Notes under the pieces: model-generated
Databases searched by the model: none
What the model was told of the DNA's origin: nothing
What the model saw: only the letters and a program-made list of their open reading frames with translations
Origin: Octopus sinensis
Taxonomy: Eukaryota
DNA length: 64,000 nt
Reading direction: 5' to 3'
NCBI RefSeq assembly: GCF_006345805.1
Contig: NC_043007.1
Span: forward strand, 67,084,001-67,148,000
Made by a program: the position numbers and the translations under genes
Shown here: one piece after another, positions 56,401 through 64,000 of the stretch
Layout of the letters: each line of letters starts with the position of its first letter
Numbering within the stretch: position 1 is the first letter of the stretch

Positions 56401-59199
56401 AAATAAAAAAAAAGACCAATATAAACATAACCAAATCACAAAAAGCCATTTGCAAAAATTAACAATCCTCAGAAAAAGAAACAGCTACTGAGTTAGAATT
56501 GGGTAAATATTTTATACTCCCCATTTCCTAGTGAACTAAGAAATTGGGTTACTAATTTAAATGATTGCATGTTAATTATTAAAAAAAAGATGGTCATGAC
56601 AATGAGGGTGAGTAAAAAAGTAAAGCAAATGAAAATTGCATTACTTTCCGACTACCCCTCATAACTTTGACCATTCATCTCTGAGGTTAATCACAATAAA
56701 CCTTCAGCTGAGTTTGGTAAAGGGCCAAAACAACAGTGGCAGTAGCAGTATCTAACCTATTAATATAACTATGCATGTATCATATTTGATTTTAGAGTTT
56801 TCTGCTGTTCTATTACTTCAGTGTTCATGCCATAGAAACAATCAGGAGTGAGTGAGTCGAGGGGGGGTGTCCCTGATATTTGTTAGTACAAAACTGGAAG
56901 TAATGAAACAGTAGTCAACTCTAACAATAAAAAAGAAATATAATATACAACAGATTATTCTTACTACTTTTGAACCACTATTTGAAAACAAAATACCTAT
57001 ATATACTCATGCAGGTGTGCTCCTTTTAAAGTAACTTTACTCATAATAAAAAAAATAAAGCTGCCAAGTTATATGGTGTACAAATTATCTTGTAACAATG
57101 TGCAACAAAAATTGCTTAAGTACCATGATGTAATCATGTGTGATAAGTGTACAGTAAATGCTTAAAAGGTATAGTGAGTAGCATTCTACTTGAGTGACAA
57201 TGTATAAATAAAATGTTGCAAGTGATCAAAGTTTGTGCAACCAATTCTGTGTAAGAATATACCTTTAGTTTTACTCAAAAATAATTTCTGAGTTATAACC
57301 TCCACAGAAAGAGAGTGTGTGTGTGTGTGTGTGTGAACCACTATGCAATTGTTCGACCTTCTTGAAACAATAGCCAAATTTGCTTTGAATTATACCTGAC
57401 CATTTTAACAAAAGACACACACACACTGGTATAGTAAGCTTATATTGTATATAAGTTTACTATAGCAACGTGTCTTTCCTTTGATAAAATAGTCAGGTGT
57501 AATTTCAAGCAGAATTGGTGGTCGTTTCAAGAATAAAAGATGGATGGCCACAGCTGGAAAACTACTGATCATAGGTCTGTTTGATGACGCTGACAGGAAG
57601 CTTTAACAGTAACAAGAGCAGTGAAAATCATTTAACGGCCTTCAATCCATAGTTGCTGATGCTATTAGCTACTCTAGTGCATGTTGCACAACTGAAGTGC
57701 TGTAAATATGTTAATCCTACTTTAACAAGGGACTCGATATATAATTCATAATTAGTTTATTGACCTGTACAGGAATGAATGGCAAAGTCTCAATATGATT
57801 TGAACTTAGAATGTCATGACTCAATACTTAAATGCTGTTAGATATTGGTCTCCATGCACTAACAATTTTATCACTCCCACATCCCACTTTCCTTTCATAC
57901 AATAATTACACCTTTGTTATCTAGTTGTATAACAGTTCAGGCTCTCCTCATCTGTTCAATCATCTTTAAAGTATGATTGTAAATATTACAACTGTCAAAT
58001 TTATTATCACTGGCTGCACACAGAATTATACTCCTATATTTCATCCCAGCTACATAAATTATGCTATGCAGCCACATCTTCGATAATATAGCCGCTTCAC
58101 CCCAGTTGAAGAAATATCACTTAGTTGGAAGAATGTACACCTATTCTTTCTTCCCATCATTGTAGCTGATAAACTTTTCCACTTGGTTTCACATATGTAA
58201 GATGTCAAGTTATCTATGTAACACTTTACAACCCTATCTCTCAATTCCAAGTTCAAATGTTATCATCAGTCGGTATATTCTCAACACAAGTATATACTGT
58301 AAAATATTGAGAACATCAGTATATTACTGGTATATTTTATATATATTATGAACTTTTATGTACACACATACACATGAAAACAATACAAGCAACAAGAAGT
58401 GTTTTACTTCTTTTTGTTTTAATCTAAACATGATACCTTGAATTATAAGAGAAAAAGGTAGAGGAAGAGCAAATAATAATTTCCTAAAGGGGCAGGAAAT
58501 CTCAGAAATAATAGATTAAGTTTATGCCTTCCCAAGGACATAAAATTTTAAACTGAAACAGTCCCAACAGAGCCCTTAAAACGTGTTACAAAGTGTTCCC
58601 CACCACCACTGAAATCATTTCATAAGATTAGAGAAATCTTTTACTTCCAACTACTTCCATTCCATCAAATACCAGTTACTGAATATTATATGAACTTCAA
58701 AAAATAATTAAAGCTAACAGTAGTAATTTATACAAATATAGACACAGCAATTGATAGAAGCCTAACAAAATATACCATTACATAACAAAAAAAATACACC
58801 AAATACATGTCTTCCATCTGCCAAATAAAATGTGAAAAAGCATTGAAGCCTCTATTTACATTCATACACAGAACTGTGTTAGAATGACAAAGCATAAGTA
58901 GTAAACAGCTTTAAAATGCAGTAAAAAAGGCAAAGAACAAAAGGCAGAAAAAGAAAAAAAACAGATTGTCAATGGTGTGCATTAAATATTTTATCACTAG
59001 TTTGAATACACAGGTTGTCAATTTTATATGCACTGATTCTTTTAGCAGACAAATTATTTATTGAGTAGATTAATTAAAAGCAAGAAAATTTAGACTAATA
59101 AAGAGCCTCAGGTAAAGGCTTGATCAAATTGCAACTCTTGATTACTTGATAAACATTAACTGTTGTATTAAAATATTTCAACTGATGGACAAATAAACA

Positions 59200-59236
<37 letters not shown>

Positions 59237-60721
59237 AAGTTCAGTTCATAGCCATGCCTTCTTAAATGAAAATGTCATCTGAAACTGTATGTTTAGCCCA
59301 CCAACTAAACATAAAGACATTAGCAATACACAAGAGTACAGTAAAAACTTACTGAGTATTGCAACAACATATGTAAACAAACATTTTTTTTTTGTTTGTT
59401 TGTTTTTAAAAGTGTCAAATGTGTATTGTATCATACGGACAAGAAAGCAATATTTCAAACGCAGCATAGGTGTGAAAACAGCAGAAAGATTGGGTATTAT
59501 TACCTTTATAAGACGGAAACCAGTTATCAACAGACAGCCATGGAACAGTCCCAAGGTGTCTGTTGACAAATTTTTTTCTGTTTTATAAGGGTGTTAACAC
59601 CCAATCTTTCTGCTGTTTTCACAGATATACTGCATTTGAAATATTGCTTTCTTATCTGTATAATACAATACTGAGTGTTATTTGAATTATTTTTTTTTAA
59701 AACTCTGTATAGGTTTACTCAACATTACTAGCTCTAGTAGGATTTGAACTCATGAATTTTTCAAAGCGGTGAACGACAAAATGTCAAACTTTACAAAGAT
59801 ATGAAATCAAACTAGTAACATGTTCAACTGTTTATTCCAATTAAGTTCTAATACATGAAACTCATGACCTTAAGTATGAAGACAAGTGTTTGTAAAGAAT
59901 GAGTCAGACAACTGGGTCAGCTCTAGTATGTTGCTGACATTTCTTAACACTGAAGAATTGGAAGGTAACATTAGTCCCGGAAAGATATGCAACTCCGTGC
60001 ATAGAGAACAAAAGGAAATGAAAGACTATAAAGGTACTTCACTATTTCTATCAAATCACTACCCTTCCGTCATGCTAATGATAAGTACATAGTTGTACAT
60101 AGAAAATATAACCTAGATTTGTTGGAAGAGATAACACAGAGAATGATTTATGTTCAAACTTTTCTCAACATCATTACATTAGTGATACAAGATGATAGTT
60201 ATAATACTAAAAGAGAATTTTTAACATTGACAAAAGTCTACAAATTTACAGAAGTGATTCCATAGACAGCTCCATGGACAACTTGTGTATTAGTGGGACT
60301 TTACCAGCCCCAGAGGGATGAAAAACAAAGTCAACCTCCACGAGAATTTGAACTCACAACCTAACAGGGAAACTAATGAAACACTGTAAAGCATTATTCA
60401 GGTATTCCTGTTTCTGCCAATCTATTACCTACTTAGTAATTACAGAAAATTGAAAAAAAATCAAAGCCATTTTATTTCCTTTTTTTTTCTTTTTTGCCCC
60501 CGAGAGGAAGCATAATAAAAGAAGCAGGCACAAAAATACAAATAAAACCATACCTTTTAACCTTTCAGCCAGTTCCCGAGGATCGGCTAAATTGCCTTCA
60601 CTGCTGCTTCTGATCATTGAGTCAGAAGCAACAGAGGCAGTGCGCGAGTGGCAAGGAGAGGGCTCTCCGCTCAGCGAACGCTGCTTATGTAGCTCGGTCC
60701 GGCTTTTTAGTCCTCCTGCGC
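4243..60721 (-). CDS. RALGAPA: Ral GTPase-activating protein subunit alpha (RALGAPA1/2 ortholog), spliced, 5'-partial; 27 exons traced, about 1240 aa
   Basis: GT-AG exons join in frame with consistent phases. Translated motifs match vertebrate RALGAPA as I recall it: [117 protein letters not shown]. Confidence 0.97.
4415..4709 (+). mobile_element. Non-autonomous Helitron (~295 bp)
   Basis: 5' TCTTTATATATAAAAG; 3' hairpin CCCAATCAACGCTGGG followed by CTAG; inserted between A and T with no target-site duplication. Confidence 0.8.
4794..5146 (+). mobile_element. Probable solo LTR
   Basis: TGTAG...CTACA termini, TATATAAA at 4928, AATAAA at 5077, CpG-rich. No intact target-site duplication seen. 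Confidence 0.45.
5350..5706. mobile_element. tRNA-derived SINE (minus) with Penelope-like tail, head-to-head with a second SINE head (plus)
   Basis: Arms 5544-5620 and 5629-5706 are near-perfect reverse complements; tail reads CCTGATGAAGGCTGGAGGGTATATCAGCCGAAA on the minus strand. Confidence 0.7.
6102..6226 (-). CDS. RALGAPA: RALGAPA exon (125 nt): [30 protein letters not shown]...
   Basis: Conserved motif; acceptor tttcag; U12-type donor gtatcttt. Confidence 0.96.
6640..7190 (-). mobile_element. Truncated mariner (5' TIR plus N-terminal HTH remnant)
   Basis: TIR ttgggtcatcccataa; [19 protein letters not shown]...[11 protein letters not shown] with internal stops. Confidence 0.85.
7701..7859 (-). 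CDS. RALGAPA: RALGAPA exon (159 nt) with catalytic Asn thumb: [16 protein letters not shown]...
   Basis: RHLGND motif of the RapGAP/TSC2/RalGAP family; acceptor ttacag and donor gtaagg. Confidence 0.98.
8782..9868 (-). mobile_element. Internally deleted piggyBac element
   Basis: TTAA target-site duplication on both sides; TIRs CCCTTTCGTTAC / GTAACGAAAGGG. ORF 9151-9486 has an acidic N-terminus and DYFFLLF...[10 protein letters not shown]...W...EIK, typical of PGBD/DDE_Tnp_1_7 N-termini. Confidence 0.9.
10517..10672 (-). CDS. RALGAPA: RALGAPA exon (156 nt): [20 protein letters not shown]...[11 protein letters not shown]...
   Basis: Rap_GAP domain motif; acceptor ttacag and donor gtgtgt. Confidence 0.97.
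12225..12348 (-). CDS. RALGAPA: RALGAPA exon (124 nt): [41 protein letters not shown]
   Basis: Rap_GAP domain motif; acceptor ttctag and donor gtaagt. Confidence 0.97.
13177..13248 (-). CDS. RALGAPA: RALGAPA exon (72 nt): [23 protein letters not shown]
   Basis: Start of the GAP region; acceptor ggcag and donor gtatgt. Confidence 0.96.
13690..13938. repeat. Foldback inverted repeat (~97-bp arms)
   Basis: 13690-13786 is the reverse complement of 13842-13938 with few mismatches. Confidence 0.9.
14395..14502 (-). CDS. RALGAPA: RALGAPA exon (108 nt): [36 protein letters not shown]
   Basis: Conserved motif; acceptor ttacag and donor gtgatg. Confidence 0.94.
18515..19373 (-). mobile_element. Decayed Tc1/mariner-superfamily DD37D (maT-like) element
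   Basis: Imperfect TIRs; WQQDSAPCH...[13 protein letters not shown] with 37 residues between the last two Asp; one internal stop. Confidence 0.85.
20030..20420. repeat. (TA)n/(CA)n compound microsatellite region
   Basis: Visible directly. Confidence 0.9.
20968..20985 (-). CDS. Candidate 18-nt microexon of RALGAPA (RTEERP, phase 2-2)
   Basis: Minus strand reads ttgttgtgtacag|ACGAACCGAGGAGAGACC|gtaagt; in frame between the flanking phase-2 junctions. Confidence 0.55.
21105..23330 (-). mobile_element. Head-to-tail cluster of about 9-10 tRNA-derived SINEs
   Basis: Recurrent unit GGCACAAGGCC...GGATGAAAGGCAAAG...GAATTTGAACTCAG...TTCTGCCAGCTC, separated by (AAT)n. Confidence 0.9.
25303..25484 (-). 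CDS. RALGAPA: RALGAPA exon (182 nt): [25 protein letters not shown]...
   Basis: Conserved LLQYLG.TSPECL motif; acceptor ttatag and donor gtaagc. Confidence 0.95.
27942..28120 (-). CDS. RALGAPA: RALGAPA exon (179 nt): [13 protein letters not shown]...[10 protein letters not shown]
   Basis: Acceptor ttacag and donor gtatga; open in phase 1 to 0. Confidence 0.88.
28497..28620. repeat. (TGAA)n/(TGGA)n/(CA)n compound microsatellite
   Basis: Visible directly. Confidence 0.95.
28731..28890 (-). CDS. RALGAPA: RALGAPA exon (160 nt): [41 protein letters not shown]...
   Basis: Conserved motif. Donor gtttgt chosen because it gives the phase the next exon needs; an alternative GT would end the exon at 28741. 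Confidence 0.9.
29866..29919 (-). CDS. RALGAPA: RALGAPA exon (54 nt): [18 protein letters not shown]
   Basis: Matches FFVLNNTTLVSC; acceptor tttcag and donor gtaagt. Confidence 0.92.
31151..31300 (-). CDS. RALGAPA: RALGAPA exon (150 nt): [27 protein letters not shown]...
   Basis: Conserved motif; acceptor gacag and donor gtgagt. Confidence 0.96.
31795..32170 (+). mobile_element. RTE-like LINE RT/C-terminal fragment
   Basis: Degenerate [13 protein letters not shown] and KAKLAI...LTYGHVCW motifs. Confidence 0.6.
32779..33021 (-). CDS. RALGAPA: RALGAPA exon (243 nt): VLNAAVTGQ...DILKLAAKT
   Basis: Polypyrimidine tract plus ccaaag acceptor; donor gtaagt; ends like vertebrate IAART. Confidence 0.92.
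33743..33853 (-). CDS. RALGAPA: RALGAPA exon (111 nt): [24 protein letters not shown]...VFQ
   Basis: Acceptor ttgcag and donor gtaagt; aligns to the LLLCLLDWIMALP region. Confidence 0.92.
33925..34610 (+). mobile_element. RTE-like LINE 3' fragment
   Basis: Degenerate [27 protein letters not shown] motifs with frameshifts. Confidence 0.75.
34970..35154. mobile_element. hAT-like MITE
   Basis: TIR pair TAGTGCTCCACAACC / GGTGTGGAGCACTG, resembling CAGTG-type hAT ends. Confidence 0.55.
36158..36226 (-). CDS. RALGAPA: RALGAPA exon (69 nt): [23 protein letters not shown]
   Basis: Acceptor tttttcag and donor gtaaaa; fills the expected homology gap. Confidence 0.9.
37400..37510 (-). CDS. RALGAPA: RALGAPA exon (111 nt): [20 protein letters not shown]...LPKKIIE
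   Basis: Conserved motif; acceptor tgatag and donor gtaagt. Confidence 0.93.
37737..37948. mobile_element. ~210-bp piggyBac-type MITE (representative of about 8 copies: ~8405, ~11230 partial, ~21610, ~33283, ~37737, ~40086, ~42530, ~47175)
   Basis: Consensus ends TTAA-CCCTTTAGCATT...AATGCTAAAGGG-TTAA; shared internal sequence among copies. Confidence 0.8.
37958..38359. repeat. Long foldback inverted repeat (~186-bp arms, 29-nt loop)
   Basis: 37958-38143 is the reverse complement of 38173-38359. Confidence 0.92.
39145..39253 (-). CDS. RALGAPA: RALGAPA exon (109 nt): [36 protein letters not shown]
   Basis: Conserved motif; acceptor ttccag and donor gttggt. Confidence 0.95.
41389..41447 (-). 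CDS. RALGAPA: RALGAPA exon (59 nt): [20 protein letters not shown]
   Basis: Acceptor ttacag and donor gtaaga; phase 0 to 2 fits both neighbours. Confidence 0.9.
43578..43703 (-). CDS. RALGAPA: RALGAPA exon (126 nt): [21 protein letters not shown]...
   Basis: Conserved motif; acceptor tcacag and donor gtagtt. Confidence 0.94.
44190..44790. repeat. Foldback inverted repeat with duplicated right end
   Basis: ~44190-44400 pairs with ~44480-44690; a second copy of the right terminus lies at ~44696-44790. Confidence 0.85.
44845..44973 (-). CDS. RALGAPA: RALGAPA exon (129 nt): [28 protein letters not shown]...
   Basis: Conserved motif; acceptor ctacag and donor gtaagt. Confidence 0.95.
46682..46837 (-). 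CDS. RALGAPA: RALGAPA exon (156 nt): [20 protein letters not shown]...[12 protein letters not shown]
   Basis: Conserved motif; acceptor ttacag and donor gtaata. Confidence 0.95.
47413..47511 (-). CDS. RALGAPA: RALGAPA exon (99 nt): [33 protein letters not shown]
   Basis: Conserved motif; acceptor tttcag and donor gtaagt. Confidence 0.96.
47777..47979 (-). CDS. RALGAPA: RALGAPA exon (203 nt): [31 protein letters not shown]...
   Basis: Strongly conserved motif; acceptor cttccag and donor gtaaat. Confidence 0.97.
49315..49491 (-). CDS. RALGAPA: RALGAPA exon (177 nt, phase 1-1): [24 protein letters not shown]...
   Basis: Acceptor ttctgcag and donor gtaaaa; SRSQSP resembles vertebrate SRSQTPS. 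Confidence 0.88.
50631..50924 (-). CDS. RALGAPA: Identical duplicate of the 294-nt poly-Thr exon
   Basis: Same sequence and splice sites, offset by 950 bp. Confidence 0.5.
51581..51874 (-). CDS. RALGAPA: RALGAPA exon (294 nt, phase 1-1) with poly-Thr/Ser tract, copy 1 in transcript order
   Basis: Acceptor tattgcag and donor gtaagt; ORF 51552..51860. Confidence 0.85.
52247..53430. repeat. 26-bp minisatellite, about 45 units (GTGGGAGAG[AC]GTG[TA]GAGACTGACATA)
   Basis: 26-nt period read directly; the 26-aa periodic ORFs equal three units. Confidence 0.97.
56241..56312 (-). CDS. RALGAPA: RALGAPA exon (72 nt, phase 1-1): [23 protein letters not shown]
   Basis: Acceptor cttatcag and donor gtgaga; open in the required phase. 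No recognisable homology. Confidence 0.75.
59423..59671. repeat. Foldback inverted repeat (~110-bp arms)
   Basis: 59423-~59535 pairs with ~59557-59671. Confidence 0.88.
60554..60721 (-). CDS. RALGAPA: RALGAPA exon (168 nt, phase 1-1): [46 protein letters not shown]...
   Basis: Acceptor ttgacag and donor gtatgg; open frame; RSSSEGNL resembles the RSSSTSDI-type motif of RALGAPA. Confidence 0.85.
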
Positions 60722-61674
60722 CTGTCAAGGGGTAGAGAGATATGGGGAATTGCAAACAACACCAGGGAAGAAGAAGAAAGGGTCTGTGACTTGAAGTTAA
60801 AAGACAGAGCAGATCATAAATTTATTAAAGAATACTGTTTTATGCATGTATCTGTGTGTATGTTTGTATGCTATATTGGTTCCTATTAAGTCCTGACATC
60901 ATGCTCTTTAAAAGATTACAAATTAGCTTTTGGATTTTGGGGATTTTTTTTTTCTTTTTTGTAAGCTTTGTGTAAGTGCATGCACACATTCTCTTAAACA
61001 TGATATATCAAAGGTTTCCTTGATTTAAAAATATCACAAGAGAATTTGAGTATAAGAAATCACATTCAATATGCAATCACTTCATTGCTCCTGTTTATTT
61101 TTCTCACTATTTTTTTCTAGGAAATTTATATAACCCCCTTGGAACAATTGCTCAACATATGTTTTCATCTTTATAATGGGAAAATTCAGAAATTTTGGCT
61201 TGCTTGCCTTCATCAGACAGTGATTTACTTTTTTTTTTTCTTCTTTTGGGTTATATAGTTTTTAGCAGGTAGAGAGCTATGTGAATGATAATTAGGTGTG
61301 CTGTAGGTAGGCAGAAGAACTTGTGCAGGAAGAGGAAGAATAAAGGAGGATCAGAGCAAAATTGTTTGACTGAACTCTAAACAATAACAAAATTCTCACA
61401 TCAAACCAAAATAAGTCATAATACAACCCACACCCTACAAACAAACTTTCTTCCTACACTCATCGAACCCTCTTCCTACACAACTAGCTCTCCCTGCCTA
61501 CTTACACCACACCTAATTATCATTTGCATAGCTCCATCTAACCAAACACAGTCTGCCAAAGACTATATAAAGCCACTCAAGTGAATCACAGCCTGATGAA
61601 GGTAAGGAAGACAAAACTTTGGAGTTACTATCAAACATCTCCTTGTAAAAGTTTAGAGAAGGGGAGAGATGGAG

Positions 61675-61915
61675 TGAGAGAGAGAGAGAGAGAAACAGAG
61701 ACAGACAGACAAACAGACAGACAAGCACAGACAAGCAGACAGACAGACAAGCAGACAGACAAGCACAGACAGACAGACAGGCATACAGAGGCAAACAGAC
61801 TGACAGAGACAGACTGACAGACAGAGACAGACTGACAGACAGAGACTGACAGAGACAGACAGACAGGCAGAGACAGACAGACAGGCAGAGACAGACAGAC
61901 AGACAGAGACAGACA
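61675..61915. repeat. (GA)n/(GACA)n compound microsatellite
   Basis: Visible directly. Confidence 0.95.
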
Positions 61916-64000
61916 TCTTTGCTGGGCTCGTTTTCCCTTCTGGAAGCTTTCAAATAACTAATCAAATAATTGCATTTTGTTTACTTTTTACAAAACGTAA
62001 ACTATTTTATGTACATGTCTTTACAGCTGGAACAAAATCACTCAACATACTAGAATTAGTAGTCCTAAATTCCCTATAACCACATGCATAACACAGACAT
62101 GCACACATGGATAGACAGAAAAACAGAGATGTAGAGAGAGAAAAAATTGGAAAAACTTGTATTTTGGTTTATTATTCACAAAAACAAAAATGCCTCTACA
62201 TATGTCTGTATCTTTATAGCTAGAACATGATCAGTTGGCCTTCAAGAAATATCTAACACCCTGAATAATTGCCATGTCCCTTCCCATCATTGTATCTAGA
62301 CATTCCCACTGACTCCAGAATTGAGGGAATATTTACTCTCATTAGGGCTCCAAAAATAAAATAAGTTTTAAAAACACACTTGACTACATAAATACATGTA
62401 ATGCAGGAGAGGGATTGGGGTTACTTGATTGGATCTTATTTCATTGTCCCCAATTGGCAAAGTCAATCTTCAACAAGATTTGAATTCAGAACATTAAAAA
62501 ATACTCTAAACCGTTTATTGACACTCTGCAGTTCTGCCATTCCTTTATATTATATTCTAACTTCATACATAACCTGATTTTATGGACATTTTACAATATC
62601 TTTCTTGCCAAAATGACAGAAAATCTAACATTAAAATAACCTTCAATGAGTAAAGGTGCATTAATACAAGTCCACTAAATTAACAATACGTTCAAAGAAC
62701 ATGCCAGTAGTATGAGGCGAGGGACAAGGCGGTGAAGCATGATCTTTGTATGTTGGGCTTCATGGAAGCGCTAACAAATGACTGACACCTCTGATGATAT
62801 GATGTGCTTGAGAAGACTAGTCAAGCCAAGTGAAATCGTAATCATGGTCATTACCAGTGTTATATAAATGGTACCCATGAAATCATAGTCGTGGTTGTTG
62901 CCAATGTTGTGTAAATGTAAAAAACCATGCCTAATCAGACTGGAACCTGGTGCAGCTCTCTGGCTTACCAGTTCCAATCAAACTGTTTAACCCATGCCAG
63001 TATGGAGAGTGGACGTTAAATGATGATGATGATGATTAATGTCATATTAGGATATTTACTACAATTACTACTGTTGTTAATAGGGTTGACATAAATCAGA
63101 GATTTGAAAGAGAGAAATGATTTGCATTTATCTTCTCATGTTTTTAAATTTAACTCCTGATTCAGCTTATCTCCCAAACTACTTCAATTAAAAGAAGTAG
63201 CAGAAATATCTAAAGTTAGGAGAGACCTATACTCAGTCCAATTACCATAACTGTTTTTGTTTTAAATCCATTATGCTTCAGTCATTACTACTAATTATTA
63301 ACAAATGCCAAGTGACAGCAAGGGTTATAACTATAGTGGTAGACAGTGTTAAGATCAAGTATAAGATACTATTGAGAAGTTAAGCGGAGATAGAGTGAAG
63401 AGGATAAAGCATTAGGATATTATGAACACAGAAACACAGATTGAGATATAAAAGTGTTATATATATTATGTATGTGCACACGTGTGTGCATAGTGGCATG
63501 AGAAAGAAGGCACATGCACAAATTTGAAAACAATTTCCAGTGGGCAGAAGAAGCAAGAGCTCTGTAAGTGAGTAATAATAATAAAAAAATTTTATAAAAA
63601 ATAAAATAAAACCAATAACCAACTGCTTTGTGTTAAAACTGAACAGGGGAAGGAGCATTATAGGGAGAAAAACCTAATATAGAAATATCAATTAATCAAT
63701 AGATAAAAAAAGGAGTTTTTTTTCTAAAATAAAAATAATTATAAAATAAATAATAACATATGTTTATGCTTATAGTTTAAAAATTCAACCATGATCCAAG
63801 TTCTATCTTCATATGTCCACAGAATCCATTCAAATTAATATCTGATAGATATCAGCATGAATATATAGCAAAGATGTACTGTTATAGTTTCCAGAATGTA
63901 AATATATACAATTATACATACACATCAAATTATACACACTTCTTTACATGTACAAATTGAACAGTTTGATGTTTTCATAGGTTAAAATCAAACACCCATA

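Noticed and set aside
61513-61965. ORFs and a possible upstream RALGAPA exon near 61920-61950
   Set aside because: Dominated by a (GACA)n microsatellite; no good donor in phase 1 and no homology. I identified no exon between 60722 and 64000.

Overview
AT-rich, repeat-dense eukaryotic DNA. The SINE/LINE families and microsatellite style suggest an octopus or other coleoid cephalopod (inference from recalled repeat families). The window lies inside one minus-strand gene, Ral GTPase-activating protein subunit alpha (RALGAPA1/2 ortholog). I traced 27 phase-compatible coding exons by hand from 60721 down to 4243 (3728 nt, about 1240 aa). They end in the Rap/RalGAP domain with the catalytic Asn-thumb motif RHLGNDEV. 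The 5' part of the gene lies beyond position 64000. The introns hold decayed mariner, DD37D (maT), piggyBac, hAT-like and Helitron elements, RTE-type LINE fragments, many tRNA-derived SINEs, a probable solo LTR, several long foldback inverted repeats and satellites. The best leads are: an 18-nt in-frame microexon candidate (20968-20985); a U12-type (minor spliceosome) last intron packed with transposons; a near-identical 950-bp tandem duplication that doubles a Thr-rich coding exon (real or an assembly artefact); and five intronic hairpins. I found no evidence for a wholly new multi-gene system.
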